A stretch of 55,616 nt of DNA. It comes from Lachnospiraceae bacterium. GTDB lineage: Bacteria > Bacillota > Clostridia > Lachnospirales > Lachnospiraceae. Position numbers and translations under genes: made by a program. Shown here piece after piece: positions 18,388 through 27,154 of the stretch (position 1 is the first letter of the stretch; every line of letters begins with the position of its first letter). Below the pieces are notes generated by a model that saw nothing but the letters and a program-made list of their open reading frames with translations, had not been told where the DNA came from and did not search any database. The stretch is taken from positions 438-56,053 of the forward strand of contig JAJPXG010000121.1 of the NCBI GenBank assembly GCA_021205565.1, written 5' to 3'.

Positions 18388-18449
18388 AAGGAGTTCCTCC
18401 AAACAGATTATTGCCAAAATCGCGGCTTTCTCCTGAAGGTATGATAAGC

Positions 18450-21377
18450 TTAGTTGTCATTTGCAAGATTAGAGGAAGCCATATCGGAAGCATCCGAATG
18501 TGTTACCTCATCTTTATCTTCTGCAAAATAATATTCAAAAATCTGCTCGGCCAGCTGCGACGCGTAAGACGAGCTGTAGCCATAACAAATACGGCAGGCG
18601 ACACTGATTTCCGGATCATCGTATGGCGCGTAGCCTACAAAAAGCGCGTGGTCAGGGCGTGAAGAGCTCTCCTGAGCAGTACCGGTCTTACCGGCAACAG
18701 CCACAGTCTCCTCCAGATCTGTGAATACGCTGGAATTTAATACCACCGCATGCATTCCTGTGTAAATGGTATCCCAGGTACTGTCATCAAGATCCGCTGT
18801 GTTTCTGACCTCGGCCTCATATTCCTCTAAAACGCTGCCCTCCGGGTCTGTCAGCTTGTCTAAAAGCGTCAGATTATAACAGGTACCGCCGTTGGCGATT
18901 GTTGTCACATAACGAGCCATACCAACTGTCGTGTAGGAGTTTGTACCCTGTCCGATAGCGGACAGTACAGGCAGCTCGGTGGAAACCTGCGGCTCTGATT
19001 CTGAAATCTCCACGCCCGATGTTTCCGTCAGACCGAACAGATCCGCATAGTAAGCCAGCGTCTCAAGACCAAGGTCAGCGTCATAATCACCGTTTTCATC
19101 GAGACTCAGCTGATATCCCACTTCATAAAAGAAATAGTTGCAGGAATGCTGAATTGCCTGGGTTGCTGTCAGAGAGCCATGTGCGCCCGGATAAATCCAG
19201 CAGCGATAGGACGCGGTGGTAAAACGGTCAAAAATACCGGTACAGGTAATCCTCGTATCCGTATCAATCACGCCCGTCTCAAGCCCGGCCGCAGTTGTTA
19301 CCATCTTAAAAGTGGAACCGGGTGCAGATTTCTGCTGCGTCGCATAATTATACAGCGGATTGGACTGATCGGACTGCAGCGTCGCATAATAATCTGCGTC
19401 GACGGAATTTGCCATTTTATTATTATCATAGCTGGGATAGGAAACCAATGCCAGCACCTTGCTGGTATTCACATCCGTCACAACTACGCTGCCGGCATAT
19501 GGATCCAATGCAAGCTGTGCAGGTGTGATATCCAGATTCTGTATCCTGTCAATCATAAACTGATAAGCTGAGGTTTCACCTGAGTACAGTGACTCTATCG
19601 TCTCCTCATCCAGATCCACGATTTCCTGCTCAATCAGGATTTTACAGACCTGTGTGCCGGTGATGGTATCCGTCTGAATCATATATTCAATAATCAGCTT
19701 CTGATAAGCAGACGATTCCTCAGCAGCTTCAAACATAAATTCTATCAGCTTATCAAAAATTTCCTGTGAATCCGCATAGTCACTGTCCAGATCCAGCTGC
19801 GTCACATCGATCCAGTTCTGTGAAATACAGTATTCCAGATATTCCGTCATGGAAATGGATTCATCGGTAAACCAGGCCTGATATACCTCGTCAGACGTAT
19901 CAACCAGATCCATATCAATGACGTCATATCCTTTCAGGATTTCAATCAGCTGTTCCTGATAGGCCTGATATTCTGCGCTCAGCTCATTGTATGCCGTTTT
20001 ACCATAATAAACTTCCTCATACAGCGCTTCATATCGGTTCTGTTTATAGGACAGATAAGCGGAATAAACCTCCTGTTCCACTTCACCAGCCTCGTCCCCG
20101 GCCATATGGGAGAGACTGATGACATTATTGGAAAACAGTGCATTATAAACATCATAAATCGGAATAATGATATCAGAACTGTCTTCATTATCCGCCATGG
20201 TATAGGTCTTTACATTCCGTATCTTCGCTACCAGTATACCAGCAATGCTCTGTTCCAGTATGTCGTAACATGCGATCTGCAGTTCAGAATCAATCGACAA
20301 ATAAACATCATTTCCGGCAGTCGGAGAAACATAACCTTCGGTATCCAGAACGCTTCCGACAGTGTCTACATAAACGGTCTCATAGCCTTTCACGCCCTGC
20401 AGTTCCAGCTCCATATACTGCTCAATGCCTGTCTTTCCCACCACATCACTGGAGGTATATCTGGCTTCCTCCCCGTTTTCAACAAGCTGGGCGTTCAGAT
20501 CTTCCAGCTCCGTGCTGCTGATTTTACCCGTATAACCCAGGATTTGTGAAAAATACTCGCCGTACGTATATCTGCGGACAGTGTCCTGCTCGATGGAAAC
20601 ACCCTGCAGCTGGTCAATATTTTCCATAATAACAGCCACAGTGGCCTCGCTGACGTCTGTAGCCACTGTAGTACCCAGATAAACCTGATAGGAAACCAGG
20701 CTCATCGCATAACGGATTGTGACAATCTGCAGGACCTCGGTTTTGGTATAGCCCTTCCCGATTGTAAAAATGTCATTTCCGTCCTCATCCTGCAGTACGT
20801 TTCCCTCATCGTCCGTTTCATATTCTCCCACCGCAAATCCGTAGGTGGAATCACCGGCCAGATACTGCATCATCTCTTCCGCCGTAGCCGTTTCCTGTTC
20901 ATAGGTCAGATCCTCAATGTAACTCTCTCCATATACATCCGCCTTGAAACGAAGCAGCGTGGTTCCGCTGACATCATACTGATAAACACCGTTTTCATCC
21001 AGATAGATATGGAAATCGCTGTAAATACTGTCTCCGTTTTTCTCGATCATTTTGATCAGCGTATAAATATTTTCATTCAGGAGCTGATTTTTGGTGCTGG
21101 AGCTTTCATAAACATCCTCAATTTTGACCGTATAAGAAAGCTCATTGTAGGCCAGAAGAACACCATTGCAGTCATATATATTGCCGCGCGTCGCGGAGAT
21201 GGTTTTTGTTTTCTGAATGGAGAGCTCATATTCCTCCAGATAGGTTTCCCCCTCTACGATCTGCAGAATAAAAAGCCTGTGTACCAGTGCGCAGATACAG
21301 ACAGCAAATATAACCCCCATAAGAAACAGTCTGGAACTAAGTATCCTTCTGATCCAATCTCTGAATGTTTCTAACAT
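18450..21377 (-). CDS. mrdA: Penicillin-binding protein 2 (class B transpeptidase, elongasome), unusually long
   Basis: 975 aa. It has an N-terminal TM and the dimerisation-domain start SATRGNIYDCNGVLLAYN. The transpeptidase motifs are SAPGSTFK (SxxK, Ser at about residue 688), HSCN (SxN) and KTGTAQ. It lies between mreD and minD. Confidence 0.85.
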   Translation of the reverse strand: MLETFRDWIRRILSSRLFLMGVIFAVCICALVHRLFILQIVEGETYLEEYELSIQKTKTISATRGNIYDCNGVLLAYNELSYTVKIEDVYESSSTKNQLLNENIYTLIKMIEKNGDSIYSDFHIYLDENGVYQYDVSGTTLLRFKADVYGESYIEDLTYEQETATAEEMMQYLAGDSTYGFAVGEYETDDEGNVLQDEDGNDIFTIGKGYTKTEVLQIVTIRYAMSLVSYQVYLGTTVATDVSEATVAVIMENIDQLQGVSIEQDTVRRYTYGEYFSQILGYTGKISSTELEDLNAQLVENGEEARYTSSDVVGKTGIEQYMELELQGVKGYETVYVDTVGSVLDTEGYVSPTAGNDVYLSIDSELQIACYDILEQSIAGILVAKIRNVKTYTMADNEDSSDIIIPIYDVYNALFSNNVISLSHMAGDEAGEVEQEVYSAYLSYKQNRYEALYEEVYYGKTAYNELSAEYQAYQEQLIEILKGYDVIDMDLVDTSDEVYQAWFTDESISMTEYLEYCISQNWIDVTQLDLDSDYADSQEIFDKLIEFMFEAAEESSAYQKLIIEYMIQTDTITGTQVCKILIEQEIVDLDEETIESLYSGETSAYQFMIDRIQNLDITPAQLALDPYAGSVVVTDVNTSKVLALVSYPSYDNNKMANSVDADYYATLQSDQSNPLYNYATQQKSAPGSTFKMVTTAAGLETGVIDTDTRITCTGIFDRFTTASYRCWIYPGAHGSLTATQAIQHSCNYFFYEVGYQLSLDENGDYDADLGLETLAYYADLFGLTETSGVEISESEPQVSTELPVLSAIGQGTNSYTTVGMARYVTTIANGGTCYNLTLLDKLTDPEGSVLEEYEAEVRNTADLDDSTWDTIYTGMHAVVLNSSVFTDLEETVAVAGKTGTAQESSSRPDHALFVGYAPYDDPEISVACRICYGYSSSYASQLAEQIFEYYFAEDKDEVTHSDASDMASSNLANDN

Positions 21378-21909
21378 CTGTTTCTTCTTTCTCCTTCTCC
21401 TTCAGATCGATACGCCTCAGGCGTTGGGCAATCAGCGTAATAAAAGGTAAACAAACAACTGCAAGAAGCAGCGTATAGACCAGTTCGGGCAGAATAATGC
21501 TCTGAAAATAACTCTGAAAATCAAATCTGCCGCGCAGCAGGAAATTTGTCACATACATGACGAAATTGTACATCAGGTCAGACACCGCAACCACCACGAT
21601 GGGAAAAATGAATTCATCTTTATAAAAAAAGCGCGCCATGCTGCCGGCAAAAAAAGCAATCAGCAGATAAAACAGACCGTAAACGCCCAGTACGGATCCA
21701 TAAAAGATATCACAGAGCAGTCCGCAGATCATCCCCGTCACCATGCCAGTATTCATTCCCTGCTGAAAGCTGGAAAAAACGGTCAGCAGAAGGAGGACGT
21801 TGGGGGAGATCCCGTTAAATGTAAATTTTGGAAAAATGGTAGTATGCAGAATATATGCCAAAAGAATCAGCACTGCCTGCAGACAGCATTTTCTGACTGC
21901 CTTTAACAA
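21337..21909 (-). CDS. mreD: Rod shape-determining protein MreD
   Basis: 190 aa and very hydrophobic, located directly after mreC. Its 3' end overlaps the predicted PBP2 start by 41 nt. Confidence 0.8.
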   Translation of the reverse strand: MLKAVRKCCLQAVLILLAYILHTTIFPKFTFNGISPNVLLLLTVFSSFQQGMNTGMVTGMICGLLCDIFYGSVLGVYGLFYLLIAFFAGSMARFFYKDEFIFPIVVVAVSDLMYNFVMYVTNFLLRGRFDFQSYFQSIILPELVYTLLLAVVCLPFITLIAQRLRRIDLKEKEKEETDVRNIQRLDQKDT

Positions 21910-21913
21910 TTAC

Positions 21914-22789
21914 TTATTCCTCCTCGTAGGTTTCCTTTAACTCCAGTATGACCAGAACCTCCTCCAGATGATTGAAATCGACGGCAGGCAGAATGGTGCC
22001 GGATTTGGTCATATTATTCGCATCTGTCTCAATAGACTGAATATAACCGACGACCAGGCCGGGAAGAAATTTGTCGCTGATATTGCTGGTCACAACCTTA
22101 TCTCCCACTGCCGCGGAATCAGTTGTATCCAGAAGATCAGAAAAGCTGATGATCCCATCGCTCTGGATCAGGGAAAGATCCCCCTCCACCAGCAGATTGT
22201 CCTGTGTAGAAAGAAGCTGGCTCATGATATAAACATCATCGGATATGATGGAAGTCACACGGGCCCAGTTGGGTCCTACTTTTGTAATAATTCCCACCAG
22301 ACCGCCGTCTGCGATGACATTCATATTGACGGCAAGCCCGTCTTCCGTTCCCTTATCAATCACAAAAGAATAATACCAGTTAGTACTCTCACTGGATACG
22401 ATCCGTGCCCCGGTTTTCGTATAGCTCTCGTATTCCTCATCCAGATCATAAAGCTTGCGGAGTTCATTCAGTTCATATCTGTCCTGCTGCAGACGATTGT
22501 TCTCTACAGTAAGCTCATCCACCTGTTCCTGCAGGCTTTCATTTTCCGCAATCAGCTCCTGCATATCGGCAAAGAGATCAGCGCGGTCAGTTAAAAATGT
22601 TCCTGCCACAGAGATGCCCTTCTGAAACGGTATCACCACATATCCTGCCACATAGCTTAAAGCAGTGTCAAATACGCTTGTAAAGATACTGAGGACCAGA
22701 AGCAGACAGCAAAAGGCAGATAAAGCAAAAAGGAGATATTTACTGGGTATCGTAAATTTTTCTCCCTTTTTTTTGATTACCGGACTCAT
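21914..22789 (-). CDS. mreC: Rod shape-determining protein MreC
   Basis: 291 aa with an N-terminal TM, a coiled coil (ENESLQEQVDELTVENNRLQQDRYELNELRKLY) and a beta-rich C-terminal domain (...GLVGIITKVGPNWARVTSI...). Confidence 0.9.
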   Translation of the reverse strand: MSPVIKKKGEKFTIPSKYLLFALSAFCCLLLVLSIFTSVFDTALSYVAGYVVIPFQKGISVAGTFLTDRADLFADMQELIAENESLQEQVDELTVENNRLQQDRYELNELRKLYDLDEEYESYTKTGARIVSSESTNWYYSFVIDKGTEDGLAVNMNVIADGGLVGIITKVGPNWARVTSIISDDVYIMSQLLSTQDNLLVEGDLSLIQSDGIISFSDLLDTTDSAAVGDKVVTSNISDKFLPGLVVGYIQSIETDANNMTKSGTILPAVDFNHLEEVLVILELKETYEEE

Positions 22790-23796
22790 TTATTCATTCC
22801 TTCTACCGCAAATGCGACTGTTTTGAAATAGTCCTCATTGATGACCTTGGAAAGACCGACCGCCACGCTCGTGAGCGGATTCTCTGAACAAATCACCTTC
22901 AGCCCCGTACCGGCGGCTAACTGCTCGGCAAAGTGAGCAATCTGAGAGGCCCCGCCTGTCAGATAAAGGCCGTTGCGGTAAATGTCAGCGGAAAGCTCCG
23001 GGGGTGTGCGTTCCAGAATCAGCTTGACATGATCAATGATCGTGGCAAACTGCTCTGACAGCGCCTGATTGATCACTTCCAGGTCAACGGTACGCTCCAT
23101 GGGAAGGCCAGTCACGATATCTCTGCCAAAAACGACGGCCTTCGTGTTGCTGTCCTCCAGCTCGCGGATACTGATTTTCAGCTTTTCAGATGTCTTTGAA
23201 CCGATGACAAGGTTGTATTCCTTGCGGATCGTGGATTTAATGGTCTCATCGAATCTCATGCCGCCGGTTTTGATCAGACGGCTTAAAACGATACCTCCAA
23301 GGGAAATCAGAGAAATCTCTGTAGTGTGATAGCCAATATCGACGATCAAAGCTCCGATGGCTGTTTTGACATCAATTCCCAGTCCAAGGCCGTCTGCCAC
23401 GGCCTTTTCCACAACAAAAACGTCCCTCGCCTTCATACCGGCGTTCTTAACCAGATCATAGAAGGCTCTCTTCTCCACATCGGTTACATCAGTAGGAACC
23501 GCCATGTAATAATCAGCCGGTGCAGGCTTGCCCTTGCAGATATCGGTAATAAAGTATCTGACGAGCACCTCCATGTCCCGGATATCCGCAATGACGCCGT
23601 TGTTCAGCGGAAAGGACACCTTAATATTGGACGGTGCCTTTTCATACATTTCGTAAGCACTGTCTCCATAGGCGAAAATGTTTTTCTTATTCTCGATGGC
23701 AATCATATTTTTCTCAATGACAAAGCCGTCGTCATTCTGAGAATAAATTTTAATATTGTTGGTTCCCAGATCAATCCCGAATGCGTTCGTTCCCAA
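22786..23796 (-). CDS. mreB: Actin-like rod shape-determining protein MreB
   Basis: 336 aa with FGIDLGTNNIKIY..., ...IVDIGYHTTEISLISLGGIV..., ...LYLTGGASQI... Confidence 0.95.
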   Translation of the reverse strand: MGTNAFGIDLGTNNIKIYSQNDDGFVIEKNMIAIENKKNIFAYGDSAYEMYEKAPSNIKVSFPLNNGVIADIRDMEVLVRYFITDICKGKPAPADYYMAVPTDVTDVEKRAFYDLVKNAGMKARDVFVVEKAVADGLGLGIDVKTAIGALIVDIGYHTTEISLISLGGIVLSRLIKTGGMRFDETIKSTIRKEYNLVIGSKTSEKLKISIRELEDSNTKAVVFGRDIVTGLPMERTVDLEVINQALSEQFATIIDHVKLILERTPPELSADIYRNGLYLTGGASQIAHFAEQLAAGTGLKVICSENPLTSVAVGLSKVINEDYFKTVAFAVEGMNK

Positions 23797-23812
23797 AGTA
23801 TCTTACCCCTTT

Positions 23813-24493
23813 CTATGTCTGTTCAAGCTCGCGAAAGCTTGTATATGTATGATCTCCGATTATAATATGATCTATCAGCGGTATATTCAACAGATTGCCG
23901 CTCTCAGCGATCCGCGCCGTAATATTCTGATCCTGGAGGGAGGGCGTCGGATCTCCGCTTGGATGATTATGCAGCAGAATTACTCCACAGGCATTGTGCC
24001 TCAATGCCGAAATAAAAATCTCCCGTGGAGAAATCAGGGAAGCGTTCACCGTCCCGGATGAAAGCGTTTCTTCCCCCAGATAGTGGCCGCGTCCATCCAG
24101 GAATACAGCCATGGCCTGCTCTGTTCTTAAATGGCGCAGCCTCTCCATATAGTAGGCCGCGACTTTGGCAGAATCCATAAAGGACATGTCGGTGTATATT
24201 CGCTGCTGCGACATACGCCGGGACAATTCGGCAAGCGCTAACAGCTTAACTGCCTTAACCTCCCCGATCCCGTGAATTCGCAGCAGATCCTCAAGCGTCA
24301 GCTGGTATAAAACAGTCAGATTGTCCTGCAGCCCGCAGGAATTGAGAATATCCTCCGCCAGCTGCACAGCGCTTTTATCCCTGGTGCCGGTGCGCAGGAT
24401 GATTGCCAGTAACTCCGCATCCGTCAATGCGCCCGGTCCGCTGTTCATAAAGCGCTCATAGGGCATAGCCTGTGTTGTAATGTCAGATTTCAT
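23813..24493 (-). CDS. radC: RadC-family JAB/MPN domain protein
   Basis: 226 aa with an HhH region (LLRIHGIGEVKAVKLLA) and the JAMM motif ILLHNHPSGDPTPSLQD. Confidence 0.9.
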   Translation of the reverse strand: MKSDITTQAMPYERFMNSGPGALTDAELLAIILRTGTRDKSAVQLAEDILNSCGLQDNLTVLYQLTLEDLLRIHGIGEVKAVKLLALAELSRRMSQQRIYTDMSFMDSAKVAAYYMERLRHLRTEQAMAVFLDGRGHYLGEETLSSGTVNASLISPREIFISALRHNACGVILLHNHPSGDPTPSLQDQNITARIAESGNLLNIPLIDHIIIGDHTYTSFRELEQT

Positions 24494-24595
24494 GTTCGCC
24501 TTTCCCTCTCCAGGTGCTGCAGAAAATCTGAAACTTAGTTTACCATAAAAACCCTCTTGTGTATACCGATAAAACGAAAAAAATATTACAGTAAA

Positions 24596-25891
24596 TTATG
24601 ACAATTCTGTGATAAGTCCCGCGTCCAGAAGGGACTGCACGCTTTTTAAAATTCCGAATTTCGCGTGCGGCCAGGTCAGTCCTCCCTGGAAGTAAACCGT
24701 GTAAGGCGACTTCATGGGGCCGTCGGCGGACAGCTCAATGCTCGATCCTGAAACAAAGGCGCCGGCGGCCATAATCACAGGCGCATCATACCCCGGCATA
24801 TCCCAGGGCTCAGGAGTTACAAAGGAATCCACCGGAGCTGCGGCCTGGATGCCCTGACAGAAGGCAATTACCCCCTCCGGTTTTCCAAAGGTCACAGCCT
24901 GGATGATGTCATGTCTGGGGGTGTCAGCCTGCGGGAATACCGAAAAACCCAGTTTTTCATAGATATTTGCCGCGAATATGGCGCCTTTTAAAGCACTCGC
25001 GGTCACTGTGGGAGCCAGGAAAAGACCCTGGTAAAAGCTGGAAAGAATTCCGAGGCTTGCGCCGACTTCCTTACCGAGGCCGGGACTGGTCAGGCGGTAG
25101 GCAGCGATTTCCACACACTCTTTTGTACCTGCAATATAGCCGCCGATGGGCGCCAGGCCTCCGCCAGGATTTTTAATCAGCGATCCGACTGCCATGTCCG
25201 CCCCCACATCGGTCGGCTCGATTGACTCCACAAATTCGCCGTAACAGTTATCTACCATGCAGATGACATCAGGTTTTATTTCTTTTACAAATGCAATCAG
25301 CTCACCGATTCTTTCAACGGATAAAGTGGGCCTGGTGGCATATCCCTTGGAGCGCTGAATGGTGACAAGCTTTGTACGCTCGTTGATGGCGTTGCGTATT
25401 CCTTCATAGTCAAACGAGCCGTCAGAAGGCAGATCCACCTGCGCATAGGTGACGCCGTATTCAGCCAGAGAGCCTTTGGATGGGCGGATGCCGATGACCT
25501 CCTCTAAGGTGTCGTAAGGCTTTCCAACAGGGCTTAAAAGCTCGTCTCCTGGGCGGAGGTTGCTCATGAGAGCCAGCGCCAGGGCATGTGTACCACAGGT
25601 AATCTGGGGGCGCACGAGGGCGTCCTCAGTGTGAAAGATTTTCGCGTAGACTTCCTCCAGGGTGTCTCTGCCGATATCGTTATAACCGTAACCGGTTGTT
25701 CCGCTGAGGCAGGCTTCTCGGACTTTGCTCTCCTGCATGGCTTTTAAGACTTTCATCTGGTTGAATTCGGCCGTGCGGTCGATTTGGGCGAAACGGTCTT
25801 TTAAGCCTTCGAGGATGGATTCGCCGTAGTTGAATACGGGTTCTGAGATGCCGAGGGAGGCATATTGTAGTTTGAGTTGCTGGTCAGTCAT
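24596..25891 (-). CDS. PLP-dependent methionine gamma-lyase-family protein (aluminium-resistance/YnbB family)
   Basis: 431 aa: ...TGYGYNDIGRDTLEEVYAKIFHTEDALVRPQITCGTHALALAL...SLIKNPGGGLAPIGGYIAG... This matches the YnbB-type family that commonly follows miaA/hfq in Firmicutes. Confidence 0.8.
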   Translation of the reverse strand: MTDQQLKLQYASLGISEPVFNYGESILEGLKDRFAQIDRTAEFNQMKVLKAMQESKVREACLSGTTGYGYNDIGRDTLEEVYAKIFHTEDALVRPQITCGTHALALALMSNLRPGDELLSPVGKPYDTLEEVIGIRPSKGSLAEYGVTYAQVDLPSDGSFDYEGIRNAINERTKLVTIQRSKGYATRPTLSVERIGELIAFVKEIKPDVICMVDNCYGEFVESIEPTDVGADMAVGSLIKNPGGGLAPIGGYIAGTKECVEIAAYRLTSPGLGKEVGASLGILSSFYQGLFLAPTVTASALKGAIFAANIYEKLGFSVFPQADTPRHDIIQAVTFGKPEGVIAFCQGIQAAAPVDSFVTPEPWDMPGYDAPVIMAAGAFVSGSSIELSADGPMKSPYTVYFQGGLTWPHAKFGILKSVQSLLDAGLITELS

Positions 25892-25919
25892 GTTTGCGGT
25901 TCCTTCTGTTTTTTATTTT

Positions 25920-26010
25920 AATTTCCGCAGTCCGGATAAATATAAAGGTGCGGTATACATTTCATCAGCGAAATTCTTGTGTTCAATTTCCGCAGTCCGG
26001 ATGAATAAAA
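25920..26010. repeat. Two direct copies of a 26-nt element
   Basis: AATTTCCGCAGTCCGGATAAATATAAA (25920-25945) and AATTTCCGCAGTCCGGATGAATAAAAA (25985-26010). The first 18 nt are identical, with 2 mismatches after that. Confidence 0.8.
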
Positions 26011-26066
26011 ACTCGACGGCGCGCTCATCGCAAAGCGCCGTCTAAGCTTTTATTCATCCGAACTGC
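25992..26066. terminator. Long compound hairpin, probable miaA terminator
   Basis: The outer 19-bp stem is GCAGTCCGGATGAATAAAA (25992-26010) with TTTTATTCATCCGAACTGC (26048-26066), with one wobble. The inner 8-bp stem is GACGGCGC (26015-26022) with GCGCCGTC (26035-26042). On the minus strand the inner hairpin is followed by GAGTTTTTATT. Confidence 0.6.
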
Positions 26067-26190
26067 TGCTTTAAACAAATCTGGACGCTTATAGGACTCT
26101 GTCATGCAGATTCCATGATAAAAACTGCCACATAAGACAGATGCCTCCGAAACATCCAGGAATATTGCATAAAACATCCTGCTGACTTAT

Positions 26191-27120
26191 TTAGAGCATA
26201 TTTAAAACAGCGTTCAGAATTGCTTCATCGTCTGAATAATCCTGACGATTGATCCAGGTCACATCCCGTTCACGCTTGAACCAGGTAAGCTGGCGCTTGG
26301 CAAAGTGACGGGTGTCACGCTTGATGCGGTAAATGGCTTCGTCAAGAGAAATTTCTCCGTTCAGGTAATCGATGATTTCTTTATAGCCGAGGCCCTGCAT
26401 GGAGGTCATGGAGCGGTCGCAGCCCATTTGCAGCAGGCTGCGCACTTCATCCACCAGGCCAGCCTTTATCATCTGATCCACACGGTCGTCGATCCTCGCA
26501 TAGAGCCTTTCACGGTCGTCCGTCAGAACAAAGTATGAAAAATCATATGGGCTTTCCTTGGCGCGCTGTTCTGTATTGTGTTGTGAAATTGGCCGGTTGG
26601 TCTGGTGATAAAACTCCAGTGCGCGAATGACGCGTTTGGTATTATGCGGATGGATTTCCTTTGCGGCACCAGGATCGACAGAATGAAGCATCCCATAAAG
26701 CGTGTCCGCACCGGTTTCCGTCGCTGCCAGCATTTCCAGCTCTCTGCGGTAAGACGTATCACCGTCATTTTCCGTAAAATCGATATCGTAGAGCACTGCC
26801 TGAATATAAAAGCCGGTACCGCCTACAAGGATCGGAATCTTTCCCTGTGCATAGATTTTTGCCATGGCCTCCCTGGCCATCTGCTGAAATATCACAACAT
26901 TGAAGGGCTCCCAGGGCTTTAAGCAGTCGATCAGATAATGGTCCACGCCGTCCATCTCCTCCGGACAGATTTTAGCAGAGCCGATATCCATGTATTCGTA
27001 TACCTGCATGGAATCTGCGGATATGACCGCGCCGTTCACCGCTTTTGCCAGACGGATGGAAAGGCCGGTCTTGCCCACCGCGGTGGGTCCGGTCAGAATA
27101 ATCAGTTTTTTCTTGTCCAT
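26191..27120 (-). CDS. miaA: tRNA dimethylallyltransferase
   Basis: The product begins MDKKKLIILTGPTAVGKTGLSIRLAK... (P-loop). The track start at 27183 is a TTG abutting its own Shine-Dalgarno-like sequence and overlapping mutL, so the ATG at 27120 is preferred. Confidence 0.9.
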   Translation of the reverse strand: MDKKKLIILTGPTAVGKTGLSIRLAKAVNGAVISADSMQVYEYMDIGSAKICPEEMDGVDHYLIDCLKPWEPFNVVIFQQMAREAMAKIYAQGKIPILVGGTGFYIQAVLYDIDFTENDGDTSYRRELEMLAATETGADTLYGMLHSVDPGAAKEIHPHNTKRVIRALEFYHQTNRPISQHNTEQRAKESPYDFSYFVLTDDRERLYARIDDRVDQMIKAGLVDEVRSLLQMGCDRSMTSMQGLGYKEIIDYLNGEISLDEAIYRIKRDTRHFAKRQLTWFKRERDVTWINRQDYSDDEAILNAVLNML

Positions 27121-27154
27121 ATTTAATATCTGTTTTGAGACAGCCTTGTCAATT

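Noticed and set aside
21968-22594. 208-aa plus-strand ORF
   Set aside because: It is antisense to mreC and has no motifs or RBS.
23326-23865. 179-aa plus-strand ORF
   Set aside because: It is antisense to mreB.
25920-26010. Possible CRISPR-like direct repeats
   Set aside because: There are only two copies, one is part of a terminator hairpin, and there are no cas genes or regular spacer array.
25892-26190. Degenerate hfq gene after miaA
   Set aside because: Minus-strand translation in all three frames gives no Sm-like sequence. The longest frame with an RBS is 14 codons (MWQFLSWNLHDRVL), which I cannot support as a gene.
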